Source: Candidatus Saccharimonadota bacterium (GTDB lineage Bacteria > Patescibacteriota > Saccharimonadia > Saccharimonadales > JACDBH01). Taken from it: 64,000 bases of DNA. The notes beneath the pieces are model-generated. The model was not told where the DNA came from. It made no database searches and saw only the letters and a program-made list of their open reading frames with translations. A program made the position numbers and the translations under genes. Of the stretch, positions 37,601 through 44,687 are shown piece after piece. The first letter of the stretch is position 1. The number at the start of each line of letters is the position of its first letter. The stretch covers positions 128,995 through 192,994 of the forward strand of contig JACDBH010000004.1 in assembly GCA_013694995.1 (NCBI GenBank). The letters run 5' to 3'.

Positions 37601-39056
37601 TCCGGCCTGCCCAACCGGCTACACCGGAACCTATCCGAACTGTGTGCCTCCGGCTACCTTAGCCCCATCCATATGCAGAGGTTTGACTGTCTACAGTGAT
37701 GCTAATTACTTGGGTGCCTCCCAGTCTCTCACTTATACCCAGTACGACTACCCGTTAGCAATAGGCAACGATGCCATCAGCTCAGCCCGTGTTCCAGCTG
37801 GCTGTAAGCTAACCCTTTACCAGAACGGTGCCTACGGCGGAGCTACCCAGGAGCTAACAAGCAATTGGGCTGGCAGCGCTGGCGACCCATGGAATGACAA
37901 GACTTCCAGTGTCAAAGTCGCCACCAATGGTATAGTGTCTACTACTCCGCTAACCTGTAGTAGTGTCGGTATAAGACTATACACCGAAGCTGGTTATACT
38001 GGTACTTCGCAAGCATTCTTTAAAGGCAATTATGACTACGCTCAGCTTGGTACCGTAGGCAATGACAAAGTAAGCTCAGTATATGTTTCGGCTGGCTGTA
38101 AGGTCATCCTTTACCAGCACGGTGCCTTCAGTGGTGCCACTAAAGAACTAACAAGTGGCTGGTATGGGAGTACTACCGACCCATGGAACGACATCACATC
38201 TGGTATTAAGGTAGTTGACCGTGCCACGACCAATTACGGCTCGAATAATGCCTACCGCATGCTAGGTCTTAGATGGAGTTATACTGGCTACATACCTGGC
38301 GGCTACTGTGTCGAAGTCGTTGAACCAAGCGACCCAGTCTGGATGACTTACCGTGATAACTTCCTCTGTAGGACATCAGGTGATTTAAAATGGAGTTACG
38401 CTGGCCCAATTGCCGGTATGTACTGTACGTTAGTCAATGAACCTGCTGAACCGTTAAATTACTACTGGTACGATAACTATATCTGTACAAATAACTCCCA
38501 AGGCACCAGGTTCAGCTCAGCTGGCCCAATTGCCGGTATGGCTTGCACCCTCATGAACGAACCGGGAGACCCTCATTCCTGGAATGATAACTATATCTGC
38601 GAACCGGCACGGGTAACGGCTTCTAGCGTTTATACCCCATATGGCTATTATGTCGCTGCTAATGCGACTGACGATGGGGGGGTAACTAACGAATGGGCCT
38701 CCTATGGCCAAGGAGCTGGCGCATGGGTGCAGATTGGCTGGCCGGGCGTAGTTAACGTCAGTAAAGTAAGCATCAGAGATCGGGTCAACCCACTCGATAA
38801 CATCCAGAGCTTTACACTTACCTTTAGCGACGGTTCAGCCGTGGCTTACGGCATACCGCTACCGAACGACGGGGCTCCACTAGAAATTCAATTCCCAGGC
38901 AAAAACATTATCTGGATGCGTATGACTGTAAACACTTCAATTGGTCCGAATATTGGTGTCGCTGACATTAAGACTTTCCCTTATATTGGATATACAGAGA
39001 CTACAACAAGTACAACAACTACAACAACTACGACACCGCCGCCTACTGCAAATTAA
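34668..39056 (+). CDS. giant membrane-anchored Zn-metalloprotease/adhesin (paralog B)
   Basis: HEGGHSFGLEH; 3x PxR(L/I)L(E/D)TR repeats; 4x CPTGYTGTYPNCV; 2x beta/gamma-crystallin; 3x WxDNxxC-type repeats; discoidin/galactose-binding-like C-terminal domain; Thr tail. Confidence 0.87.
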   Translation: MFMRKRSKKTKMPVDMMQTDAPIEAPKSGRRQKHLSLYPVSGKGWKQKAIIFMVAFGVIGGFFIYKNYALNQYGDIPTGADELVLNYELPEVYEVLENDFNQGSAPAMMLYGNGLMLCGNETSGKNPQISPLMSIKQRQLSPLEVTTLFEKVRALGFDSLLTRTLPDSPAPPFGVTPSLSLFTSEGERRLVLAFNEKPAQFTAITNYLDDECKKAKEEFYPDDVVLESIKITESAEAGLEALPDIPVPNRDGLGSTRLLGDEAIRVKSLISKGNKLYKTSDGKKIKVRLLPTIPEYKIPKLATAANSSSNVAHADNFRKVRFLYVVAADEAVPSNAQTQISELASSLPGYYETQVGKTFTVEGASVVKGSKTAAQYRACPYAGVDYAKCLVDGIFEDSLASYLHLQQEFRADNFSTIMMLSWTTSRCLGMGGPTDPLKVDNANLDTYGMGSFSAPSCPWAGTKELLGAHEGGHSFGLEHTQDQTIMSNAYTPPKGYVWPLKSSQAALLSNSSPWFNGPTAAAPAPAAVSSGSTFISITPARILETRPNLSTADNQYNNTGRLKGGIVRELPVAGRVGIPINALAAALNVTVVNPSGDGFVTVFPCGTGTPGTSNVNFRTGNVISNMVISKLGGGQVCLYSNVDTDLVVDVNGAFPSVSTAFYTNVTPSRLLETRPGNSTTDGQFNNIGRRAGGTVTAVQVSGRFGIPSNASAVSLNVTVIEPSATGYMVVYPCGIPPPTTSSVNYTGGGIISNAVISKLGSGQVCIYTNNDTDLVIDVNGAFNDVTSFKSVPPVRLLDTRPGYSTVDGVSAGIGARTGGSTYELTVAGRGGVPADAVSVALNVTVINPVGDGFLTVFPCGIGLPNTSNVNYKAGTILSNAVLSKLGSKKVCIYTNNSTDIVVDVSGAFTLLDTQQSATAVTPSVTSPTLISSCPTGYTGTYPNCVLSRCPTGYTGTYPNCVPPPCPTGYTGTYPNCVPPACPTGYTGTYPNCVPPATLAPSICRGLTVYSDANYLGASQSLTYTQYDYPLAIGNDAISSARVPAGCKLTLYQNGAYGGATQELTSNWAGSAGDPWNDKTSSVKVATNGIVSTTPLTCSSVGIRLYTEAGYTGTSQAFFKGNYDYAQLGTVGNDKVSSVYVSAGCKVILYQHGAFSGATKELTSGWYGSTTDPWNDITSGIKVVDRATTNYGSNNAYRMLGLRWSYTGYIPGGYCVEVVEPSDPVWMTYRDNFLCRTSGDLKWSYAGPIAGMYCTLVNEPAEPLNYYWYDNYICTNNSQGTRFSSAGPIAGMACTLMNEPGDPHSWNDNYICEPARVTASSVYTPYGYYVAANATDDGGVTNEWASYGQGAGAWVQIGWPGVVNVSKVSIRDRVNPLDNIQSFTLTFSDGSAVAYGIPLPNDGAPLEIQFPGKNIIWMRMTVNTSIGPNIGVADIKTFPYIGYTETTTSTTTTTTTTPPPTAN
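37464..37655 (+). repeat. intragenic 48-bp tandem repeat, four copies
   Basis: tgcccaaccggctacaccgg... at 37464, 37512, 37560, 37608. Confidence 0.9.
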
Positions 39057-39182
39057 ATATGTAATGTAAAACAAGCCCAAGTGATAGATTAAGTATGGTT
39101 TTTACTTACGTAAATGAATCATGTAATTATTGAGACCTATATTACAGAATATTTATATTATTACTGATAAAGTATTTAAATT

Positions 39183-39524
39183 ATGAGCATTGAGCTAAGT
39201 ATTGATCAAGCAGATGAAATAAAACTGGGAGTTGTTCAGCCCCGTGAAAATATTGCCGAGATCTGGCATACAACTCAAGAAGGGGATGAGGTCAGGATTG
39301 GTGCTATCATGCAGGATCCTAATGATCCGGACAGCCAACTGGCAACGCTCTATAGACATAACCGTATAACAGGTGAGACCACCAACGACCATGGACGCAT
39401 ACGCGGAAACATCCGCGAGGCTGCGCACTATGTATGGGAACATAAAACAGGCGCATCGGCAGTTGCCTCTTTGGCGATTACCGTAACACTTGGCACGCTT
39501 TGGGCAAGGCACAAAAAATCATAA
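39183..39524 (+). CDS. hypothetical protein with C-terminal TM
   Basis: 113-aa ORF with hydrophobic C-terminal segment and basic tail. Confidence 0.65.
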   Translation: MSIELSIDQADEIKLGVVQPRENIAEIWHTTQEGDEVRIGAIMQDPNDPDSQLATLYRHNRITGETTNDHGRIRGNIREAAHYVWEHKTGASAVASLAITVTLGTLWARHKKS

Positions 39525-39534
39525 AAAAGTAAAA

Positions 39535-39610
39535 GAAGTCCGGGGGCCCGAGTGGGGGAAATGAGCGCGCATGAGCGGGCAGATTTCAACCCCAAACGGG
39601 ACCGGACTTC
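39535..39610 (-). terminator. extended GC-rich hairpin followed by T-rich tract on minus strand
   Basis: gaagtccgg/ccggacttc, cccg/cggg, gggg/cccc, gaaat/atttc. Confidence 0.55.
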
Positions 39611-39622
39611 AGCTGCTGATGA

Positions 39623-40351
39623 TCAAATAACGACCACCTTTGTTCCTATTGAGGCGAATTGCCATAGCCAGTCAGAGAATTCCGACCCGAGACGGATACA
39701 GCCACTGGAAGCAGCTTTATTCGTGCCGAGGATGGACTCGTCATGGAACCGTTTGCCAGTAGCCAGTGTTACGGGAATTTTGTGGAATCCAACATTACCA
39801 AAAAACTGCTGATAGTTTTCGAGCAACAATTTCCCTTCATGGGCGATATGCGGCTTGTTTTTCCACCCAATGACATACGTTCCTTTCGGAAGTTCCGCAG
39901 GGTTGTCGATCATGCCGCCGGTTCTTAGTAAACTACCTTTTGGACTGTATGCCCGCACTTGGTTGGAGTTTTGGTCGACAACAACGCACTTACGTTTGGG
40001 GCAATCCTTCGGGATGCTGTTGAGTTCAGATGAAACAGCAACTCCTAAGGCTGCGAGGGTTTTAGGACCCAAGCGGCCAAAGTTGCCTTTGGCATCTATG
40101 AGTGGGGGCTCATTTGATTGTTGGAATGCAATGAGTGCGCTGCAGCTTTTCGGTCCGATAAAACCATCGGCGTAGACTTTTAGGGCAGTTTGCACAGCCT
40201 GGATCACCACTACAGTATATTGGTCTGTGCCATAACATATCGGCGGTTGGGCAGCGTGAGCTTTGGGGGCACAGCTGACGACTAAGAATACCAAACCTGA
40301 AGTCAGGATGGCAAAAAAGCGGATCAACGGGTTGACTTTCATGAAATTCAC
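39623..40351 (-). CDS. L,D-transpeptidase (YkuD) with peptidoglycan-binding domain
   Basis: ADGFIGPKS..ALIAFQ (PG-binding), VGFH...SSGCIRL catalytic motif, signal peptide. Confidence 0.85.
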   Translation of the reverse strand: MNFMKVNPLIRFFAILTSGLVFLVVSCAPKAHAAQPPICYGTDQYTVVVIQAVQTALKVYADGFIGPKSCSALIAFQQSNEPPLIDAKGNFGRLGPKTLAALGVAVSSELNSIPKDCPKRKCVVVDQNSNQVRAYSPKGSLLRTGGMIDNPAELPKGTYVIGWKNKPHIAHEGKLLLENYQQFFGNVGFHKIPVTLATGKRFHDESILGTNKAASSGCIRLGSEFSDWLWQFASIGTKVVVI

Positions 40352-40532
40352 CTCTGTTTTGAAGGTACACTCGGATGAGCGGCTAAGGAAGTGACCCTAA
40401 CCTTATCATTATAGCACAAAATTAAATAAAAGTCAATACATTGGAGCCTTCCAACAGAGGTGTTACAATAACTGGGTCCTCGGCTAATTATGCAAACCAG
40501 GCAACTTGTTTGCTGTTTAGCGTATTTAAGAA

Positions 40533-40619
40533 GAGAGGGCTTGGTGAGGTTGCAAATAATGCCACACAAACTTGTTTTGATGGCAGTATGGCAACATCAC
40601 CATTACACCTTAACGACAG
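40533..40619 (+). repeat. tRNA 5'-leader structured element, copy before tRNA-Cys
   Basis: tggtg/cacca, gttgc/gcaac, tgcca/tggca, CAAACTTGTTTTG apex, ttacaccttaacga tail; TGtTACAAT at 40461. Confidence 0.8.
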
Positions 40620-40693
40620 GGCGCCTTGGCCGAGAAGTTAGGCAGCGGTCTGCAAAACCGCGTAGACGGGAGCGTTACCCGTAGGTGCCTCCA
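40620..40693 (+). tRNA. tRNA-Cys(GCA)
   Basis: GGCGCCT/AGGTGCC-TCCA, gcggt-ctGCAaa-accgc; non-canonical T-loop AGCGTTA. Confidence 0.88.
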
Positions 40694-40770
40694 GCTTGAA
40701 TTTGTACCTCGTTTTTATGTAAAGTGCTTTATAGCACTTTACTTTCAAACTCGGACAATTTCTACGTTTT

Positions 40771-40788
40771 CCATTACACGTCGACGAA
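40771..40788 (+). repeat. truncated tRNA 5'-leader element (tail only) before tRNA-Leu(TAA)
   Basis: ccattacacgtcgacgaa abutting tRNA +1. Confidence 0.7.
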
Positions 40789-40875
40789 GGGCGAGTGGCG
40801 GAATTGGTATACGCGACGGACTTAAAATCCGTTGGTCTAAAAACCTTGTGGGTTCAAGTCCCACCTTGCCCACCA
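40789..40875 (+). tRNA. tRNA-Leu(TAA)
   Basis: GGGCGAG/CTTGCCC-ACCA, acgga-ctTAAaa-tccgt, GGTTCAAGTCC. Confidence 0.95.
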
Positions 40876-40878
40876 TAT

Positions 40879-40908
40879 AAAAAAGCCTGAAGTTTACAGG
40901 CTTTTTTA
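40879..40908 (+). terminator. intrinsic terminator after tRNA-Leu(TAA)
   Basis: aaaaagcctg-aagttta-caggctttttt. Confidence 0.8.
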
Positions 40909-40949
40909 TACTTTAATTGACATTATAAAAAAAAGAGTATAATAAATTT

Positions 40950-42161
40950 ATGAATGAAAAGCTACAAAGAGTCGCCTTCGCCGGTGCGGTACTGTTCACA
41001 GGTTGTAGCTCAAATGAAAACCTTCAGCCCAGTCAAAGTACTGCAGTTGAATCCACTACAACTTTGTTTCCTGTGAATACTTTATTAGAGACGGCAACTG
41101 TACTTGAAACCTCTACTACTGCGTCCATGCCTGGCGTTGTTAATCCGGAATGTGTGGTAGAAATTTTACCTGGGAATTCATTGTTTTCGGTTTTTAACAA
41201 AACTGGTATAAGTATTGTTTCCCTTCAAACCGAAAATCGGATTCAAGACCCCGATAAAATTCAGCCCGGATACTTAGATATATGTATTGACGAGATGGAT
41301 GATATATCTGGTGGTCAACGATTGCCTGCTACAACCACTACTTCAACAACTACGGCACTTACTACTACCACGACTGTTCATACAACAACTATTCCAGAAA
41401 CAACTATTACCCCAGCGCCAGAGACAACAACCACGGTAACATTACCACCGGAAACAGCAGTGCCTGTAACGGAAGCTCCTAAGTCGCTGCCGACGGGCGT
41501 TAAGGCACAACAGGAGAAAGCAAACACGTTATTTGCAGGCTACGGCATGCCAGAGCTAAGTGTAGATGGAATCGCTGGACCAAAGACCGACCAAAAAATT
41601 TGTGCTTCACGGCTTCTGCTCAATATGCCAGCCACAAGAGCCGACATGGTGCCTGGAAGTGAAGAAGAGCGACTATTTATGTCGTCAGAAAGTTTATTAA
41701 TACCATCAACCGCTGCTACAAAAGCGGCAAAGTGGATGTTAATTGATCAGACATGCCAGGTTACAGTCTTAGGCGAGAGCGATACAAAAGTTGCATTTAT
41801 TTTCCCCTCTTCATCCGGCACGGTAGAGTTTCCATCTCGAAATGGCGAATGGGCTGCCTTCCGCTATGACCCAGCGTTGGCAAATGGTGGCTGGCATAAT
41901 AGCAGTGACTATCCCGCCGATGTAGATTCGCTACTTAATGGCAATATGAAATGGCCTGTTTATCATCATAAAGGGCAGGCAACGCACGGTGCACTGAATG
42001 TTCCGACGTATCCCGCAAGCCATGGCTGTAACCGGTTGTCAGAAGCAAATCAGGAGATTCTGATTAATTGGTTAGGGCTAGTTGGCATTCAGGAAGAAAT
42101 ATGGAGTATTAGTCGTATCGGGCTTACCGTTACAGTCCAAGGTGCTTACGAGGGGGAGTAA
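40950..42161 (+). CDS. lipoprotein with LysM, Thr-rich linker, PG-binding and L,D-transpeptidase domains
   Basis: Lipobox LFTGC; ILPGNSLFSV..N.IQDPDKIQPG (LysM); VDGIAGPKT; THG...ASHGCNRL. Confidence 0.85.
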   Translation: MNEKLQRVAFAGAVLFTGCSSNENLQPSQSTAVESTTTLFPVNTLLETATVLETSTTASMPGVVNPECVVEILPGNSLFSVFNKTGISIVSLQTENRIQDPDKIQPGYLDICIDEMDDISGGQRLPATTTTSTTTALTTTTTVHTTTIPETTITPAPETTTTVTLPPETAVPVTEAPKSLPTGVKAQQEKANTLFAGYGMPELSVDGIAGPKTDQKICASRLLLNMPATRADMVPGSEEERLFMSSESLLIPSTAATKAAKWMLIDQTCQVTVLGESDTKVAFIFPSSSGTVEFPSRNGEWAAFRYDPALANGGWHNSSDYPADVDSLLNGNMKWPVYHHKGQATHGALNVPTYPASHGCNRLSEANQEILINWLGLVGIQEEIWSISRIGLTVTVQGAYEGE

Positions 42162-42240
42162 TACTGCACCGTAGCATTATTTCCTACGGTAAAAAATGCT
42201 ATAATGTAAGTATAAATAAAACAGGGAGAAGTAGACAATC

Positions 42241-42807
42241 ATGACGTTGCTATTAATCATCGGCGGCGCGGTAATATTGCTAGTAATTATCTTTGCGGCA
42301 ATGTACAACGGCCTATTGAAGCTTAATATCCGTGCAGACGAAGCCTGGAGTGATATATCAGTGCAATTAAAACGCCGGCTTGATCTGATTCCAAACCTTA
42401 TAAACACCGTCAAGGGTTACGCTGCGCACGAAAAAGAAGTTTTTGAACGTGTTACAGAAGCTCGCGCTTCTATGTTGAAAGCCCAAGGCCCTGCTGAAAC
42501 CGGTAAAGCAGAAAACATGATGGAAAGTGCACTCAAGAGCATTTTTGCTGTTGCAGAGGCTTATCCGGACCTCAAAGCCAACGAGAACTTCAAAGAATTA
42601 CAAGCAGAGCTTGTCGACACCGAAGACAAGATCCAGGCGTCTCGCCGTTTTTATAACGGTGTAGTCCGAGATTTTAACACCAAGCGTAAAGTCTTCCCGA
42701 CTAACATGTTTGCCGGTATGCTTGGGTTTAATGCTGACCGCGAATTCTTTGAAGTTGACGAAGCTGAGAGTGAAGCTATACAGAAACCGGTTGAAGTTAA
42801 GTTCTAA
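42241..42807 (+). CDS. lemA: LemA family protein
   Basis: WSDISVQLKRRLDLIPNL, VAEAYPDLKANENF, RRFYN. Confidence 0.95.
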   Translation: MTLLLIIGGAVILLVIIFAAMYNGLLKLNIRADEAWSDISVQLKRRLDLIPNLINTVKGYAAHEKEVFERVTEARASMLKAQGPAETGKAENMMESALKSIFAVAEAYPDLKANENFKELQAELVDTEDKIQASRRFYNGVVRDFNTKRKVFPTNMFAGMLGFNADREFFEVDEAESEAIQKPVEVKF

Positions 42808-42841
42808 TTAGTCGAGCTCTTAAGTTTATCGAGGTTATTTA

Positions 42842-43729
42842 ATGTATAACGCTATTGAAGATAATAAACGCAAAACCGTCATTATTATGGTGTTGTTTCT
42901 GGCACTTATTGGCGGCTTGGGTTGGTTGTTCAGCACACTTTATGGAAACGGGGAACCGAGCATCACGGTAGGTGTGCTTATAGGCGGGCTGATCTATGTG
43001 CTAATAAGTTATTTTATATCTTCAAAACTTATGCTAGCTATGAACGGCGCTAAACCGATCGAGAAACGCGATAACCCAAGACTGTATCGAATTGTCGAAA
43101 ATTTGTCTATAACTAATGGAATGCCAATGCCTAAAATATACCTGACCGAGGACCGGGCAGCGAACGCTTTTGCAACCGGACGCAATCCCGAAAATGCGGT
43201 CGTAGGGGCAACTACCGGATTACTTGATATTCTTGATGACAGTGAGCTTGAGGGCGTTATGGCGCACGAGATGGGGCATGTTAAGAACTATGATATCCGC
43301 GTCAGTCTTGTTGCCTTTGCCATGGTCGCGGTTATCGGACTACTCGCTGATATTATGCTACGAATGAGCTGGTTTGGTGGTGGTGATGACGATGATGGAG
43401 GTAGTAACCAAATATTATTTATTTTAAGTATCGCCGCTGCAATACTCGCCCCGTTGGTTGCTACATTAATTCAACTGGCTATTTCACGGCAACGGGAATA
43501 TTTGGCTGACGCAACTGGAGCTCTGACCACGCGTTATCCAGAGGCCCTTGCTAGCGCATTAGAAAAAATTAGCCAAAATGGATCTGCCCTAAAACGGCAA
43601 AACCGCTCAACAGCCCATTTATTTTTTGCTAATCCTTTGAAACGTAGTACTTTTAGTGCCTTGTTCAGTACTCATCCCCCAATTGAAGAGCGCGTTAGCC
43701 GTCTGCGCAGTATAGCCACAAAGGCATAA
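42842..43729 (+). CDS. htpX: M48 zinc metalloprotease HtpX
   Basis: NAFATGRNP, AHEMGH, REYLADA, FSTHPP. Confidence 0.95.
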   Translation: MYNAIEDNKRKTVIIMVLFLALIGGLGWLFSTLYGNGEPSITVGVLIGGLIYVLISYFISSKLMLAMNGAKPIEKRDNPRLYRIVENLSITNGMPMPKIYLTEDRAANAFATGRNPENAVVGATTGLLDILDDSELEGVMAHEMGHVKNYDIRVSLVAFAMVAVIGLLADIMLRMSWFGGGDDDDGGSNQILFILSIAAAILAPLVATLIQLAISRQREYLADATGALTTRYPEALASALEKISQNGSALKRQNRSTAHLFFANPLKRSTFSALFSTHPPIEERVSRLRSIATKA

Positions 43730-43733
43730 AAAT

Positions 43734-44687
43734 ATGCCGGCTAAAAAAAATAAAACAGCTGCAAAAAAAAGCCTACAAGTTAAAGCTGATCAGCCCAGAC
43801 GTCGAAAACTTACCAGGAAAAACAAAAAAAAGTTTACCAAACAAAATACCCAGGTATCTAGTAGCTTCCGCTTGCTAATAAACGCAGGGCGGCATTTATG
43901 GCAGCATAAGGGACTATTTGCTGGCATCTTGGCTGTTTATTCCATACTTTATTTTATACTCGTCAAAGGACTTGCCACTGACTTTCAACTGACTGAGGCT
44001 AAGAGTTTGATTGAAGAAACTGTTGGAGATCAACTTGGTAATTTTGAAACAGCGGCAACGCTATTTGGGGTACTTATAGGTTCGGCGGGCAGCGCTAATA
44101 ATGATGCGGCCAGTATATATCAGGCAATACTGGTTATGTTTGTTTCGCTCGCTGTTATTTGGGCGCTTAGACAAACTTATGAACAGCATCAGGACCGTAC
44201 TATTAAAAGCAGTTTCTATAAGGGAATGTACCCGGCTGTACCTTATATACTAGTGTGGTTTGTCATCATCCTACAGATGATACCGGCGCTCATAGGCCTT
44301 TCGATTTATGGTCTAGTACAGAGTAACGGTTTAGCTGTAAGCGGATTTGAGCAGATATTGTGGCTGTTTGTACTTCTACTAGGTCTCAGCATATCTATTT
44401 ACCTAACAAGTTCATCAATATTTGCAAGCTACATTGTGACGCTGCCTGATATGACACCGATGCGTGCGTTGCGTTCAGCACGAAAGCTGGTTAAATTTAG
44501 GCGATTCACGATACTACGTAAAGTTATCTTTTTGCCTGCCGTACTTAGTCTGCTGGCAGGTATAATATTTTTTCCGCTAGTTTTATTCGCGCCGGTTGCA
44601 GCCGAGGTTTTATTTTTGCTGTTCAGTTTGGCAGTTATAATTATTGGCCATAGTTATTTGTATCAGTTGTACAGGGAACTTCTATGA
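43734..44687 (+). CDS. hypothetical multi-pass membrane protein
   Basis: Basic N-tail followed by about six TM segments. Confidence 0.8.
   Translation: MPAKKNKTAAKKSLQVKADQPRRRKLTRKNKKKFTKQNTQVSSSFRLLINAGRHLWQHKGLFAGILAVYSILYFILVKGLATDFQLTEAKSLIEETVGDQLGNFETAATLFGVLIGSAGSANNDAASIYQAILVMFVSLAVIWALRQTYEQHQDRTIKSSFYKGMYPAVPYILVWFVIILQMIPALIGLSIYGLVQSNGLAVSGFEQILWLFVLLLGLSISIYLTSSSIFASYIVTLPDMTPMRALRSARKLVKFRRFTILRKVIFLPAVLSLLAGIIFFPLVLFAPVAAEVLFLLFSLAVIIIGHSYLYQLYRELL

Noticed and set aside
37464..37655. CRISPR-like array
   Set aside because: Contiguous in-frame 48-bp coding repeats without unique spacers; no cas genes in the window
28168..39056. Diversity-generating retroelement acting on the paralogous adhesins
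   Set aside because: No reverse transcriptase in the window and no repeat pair with adenine-specific mismatches was seen
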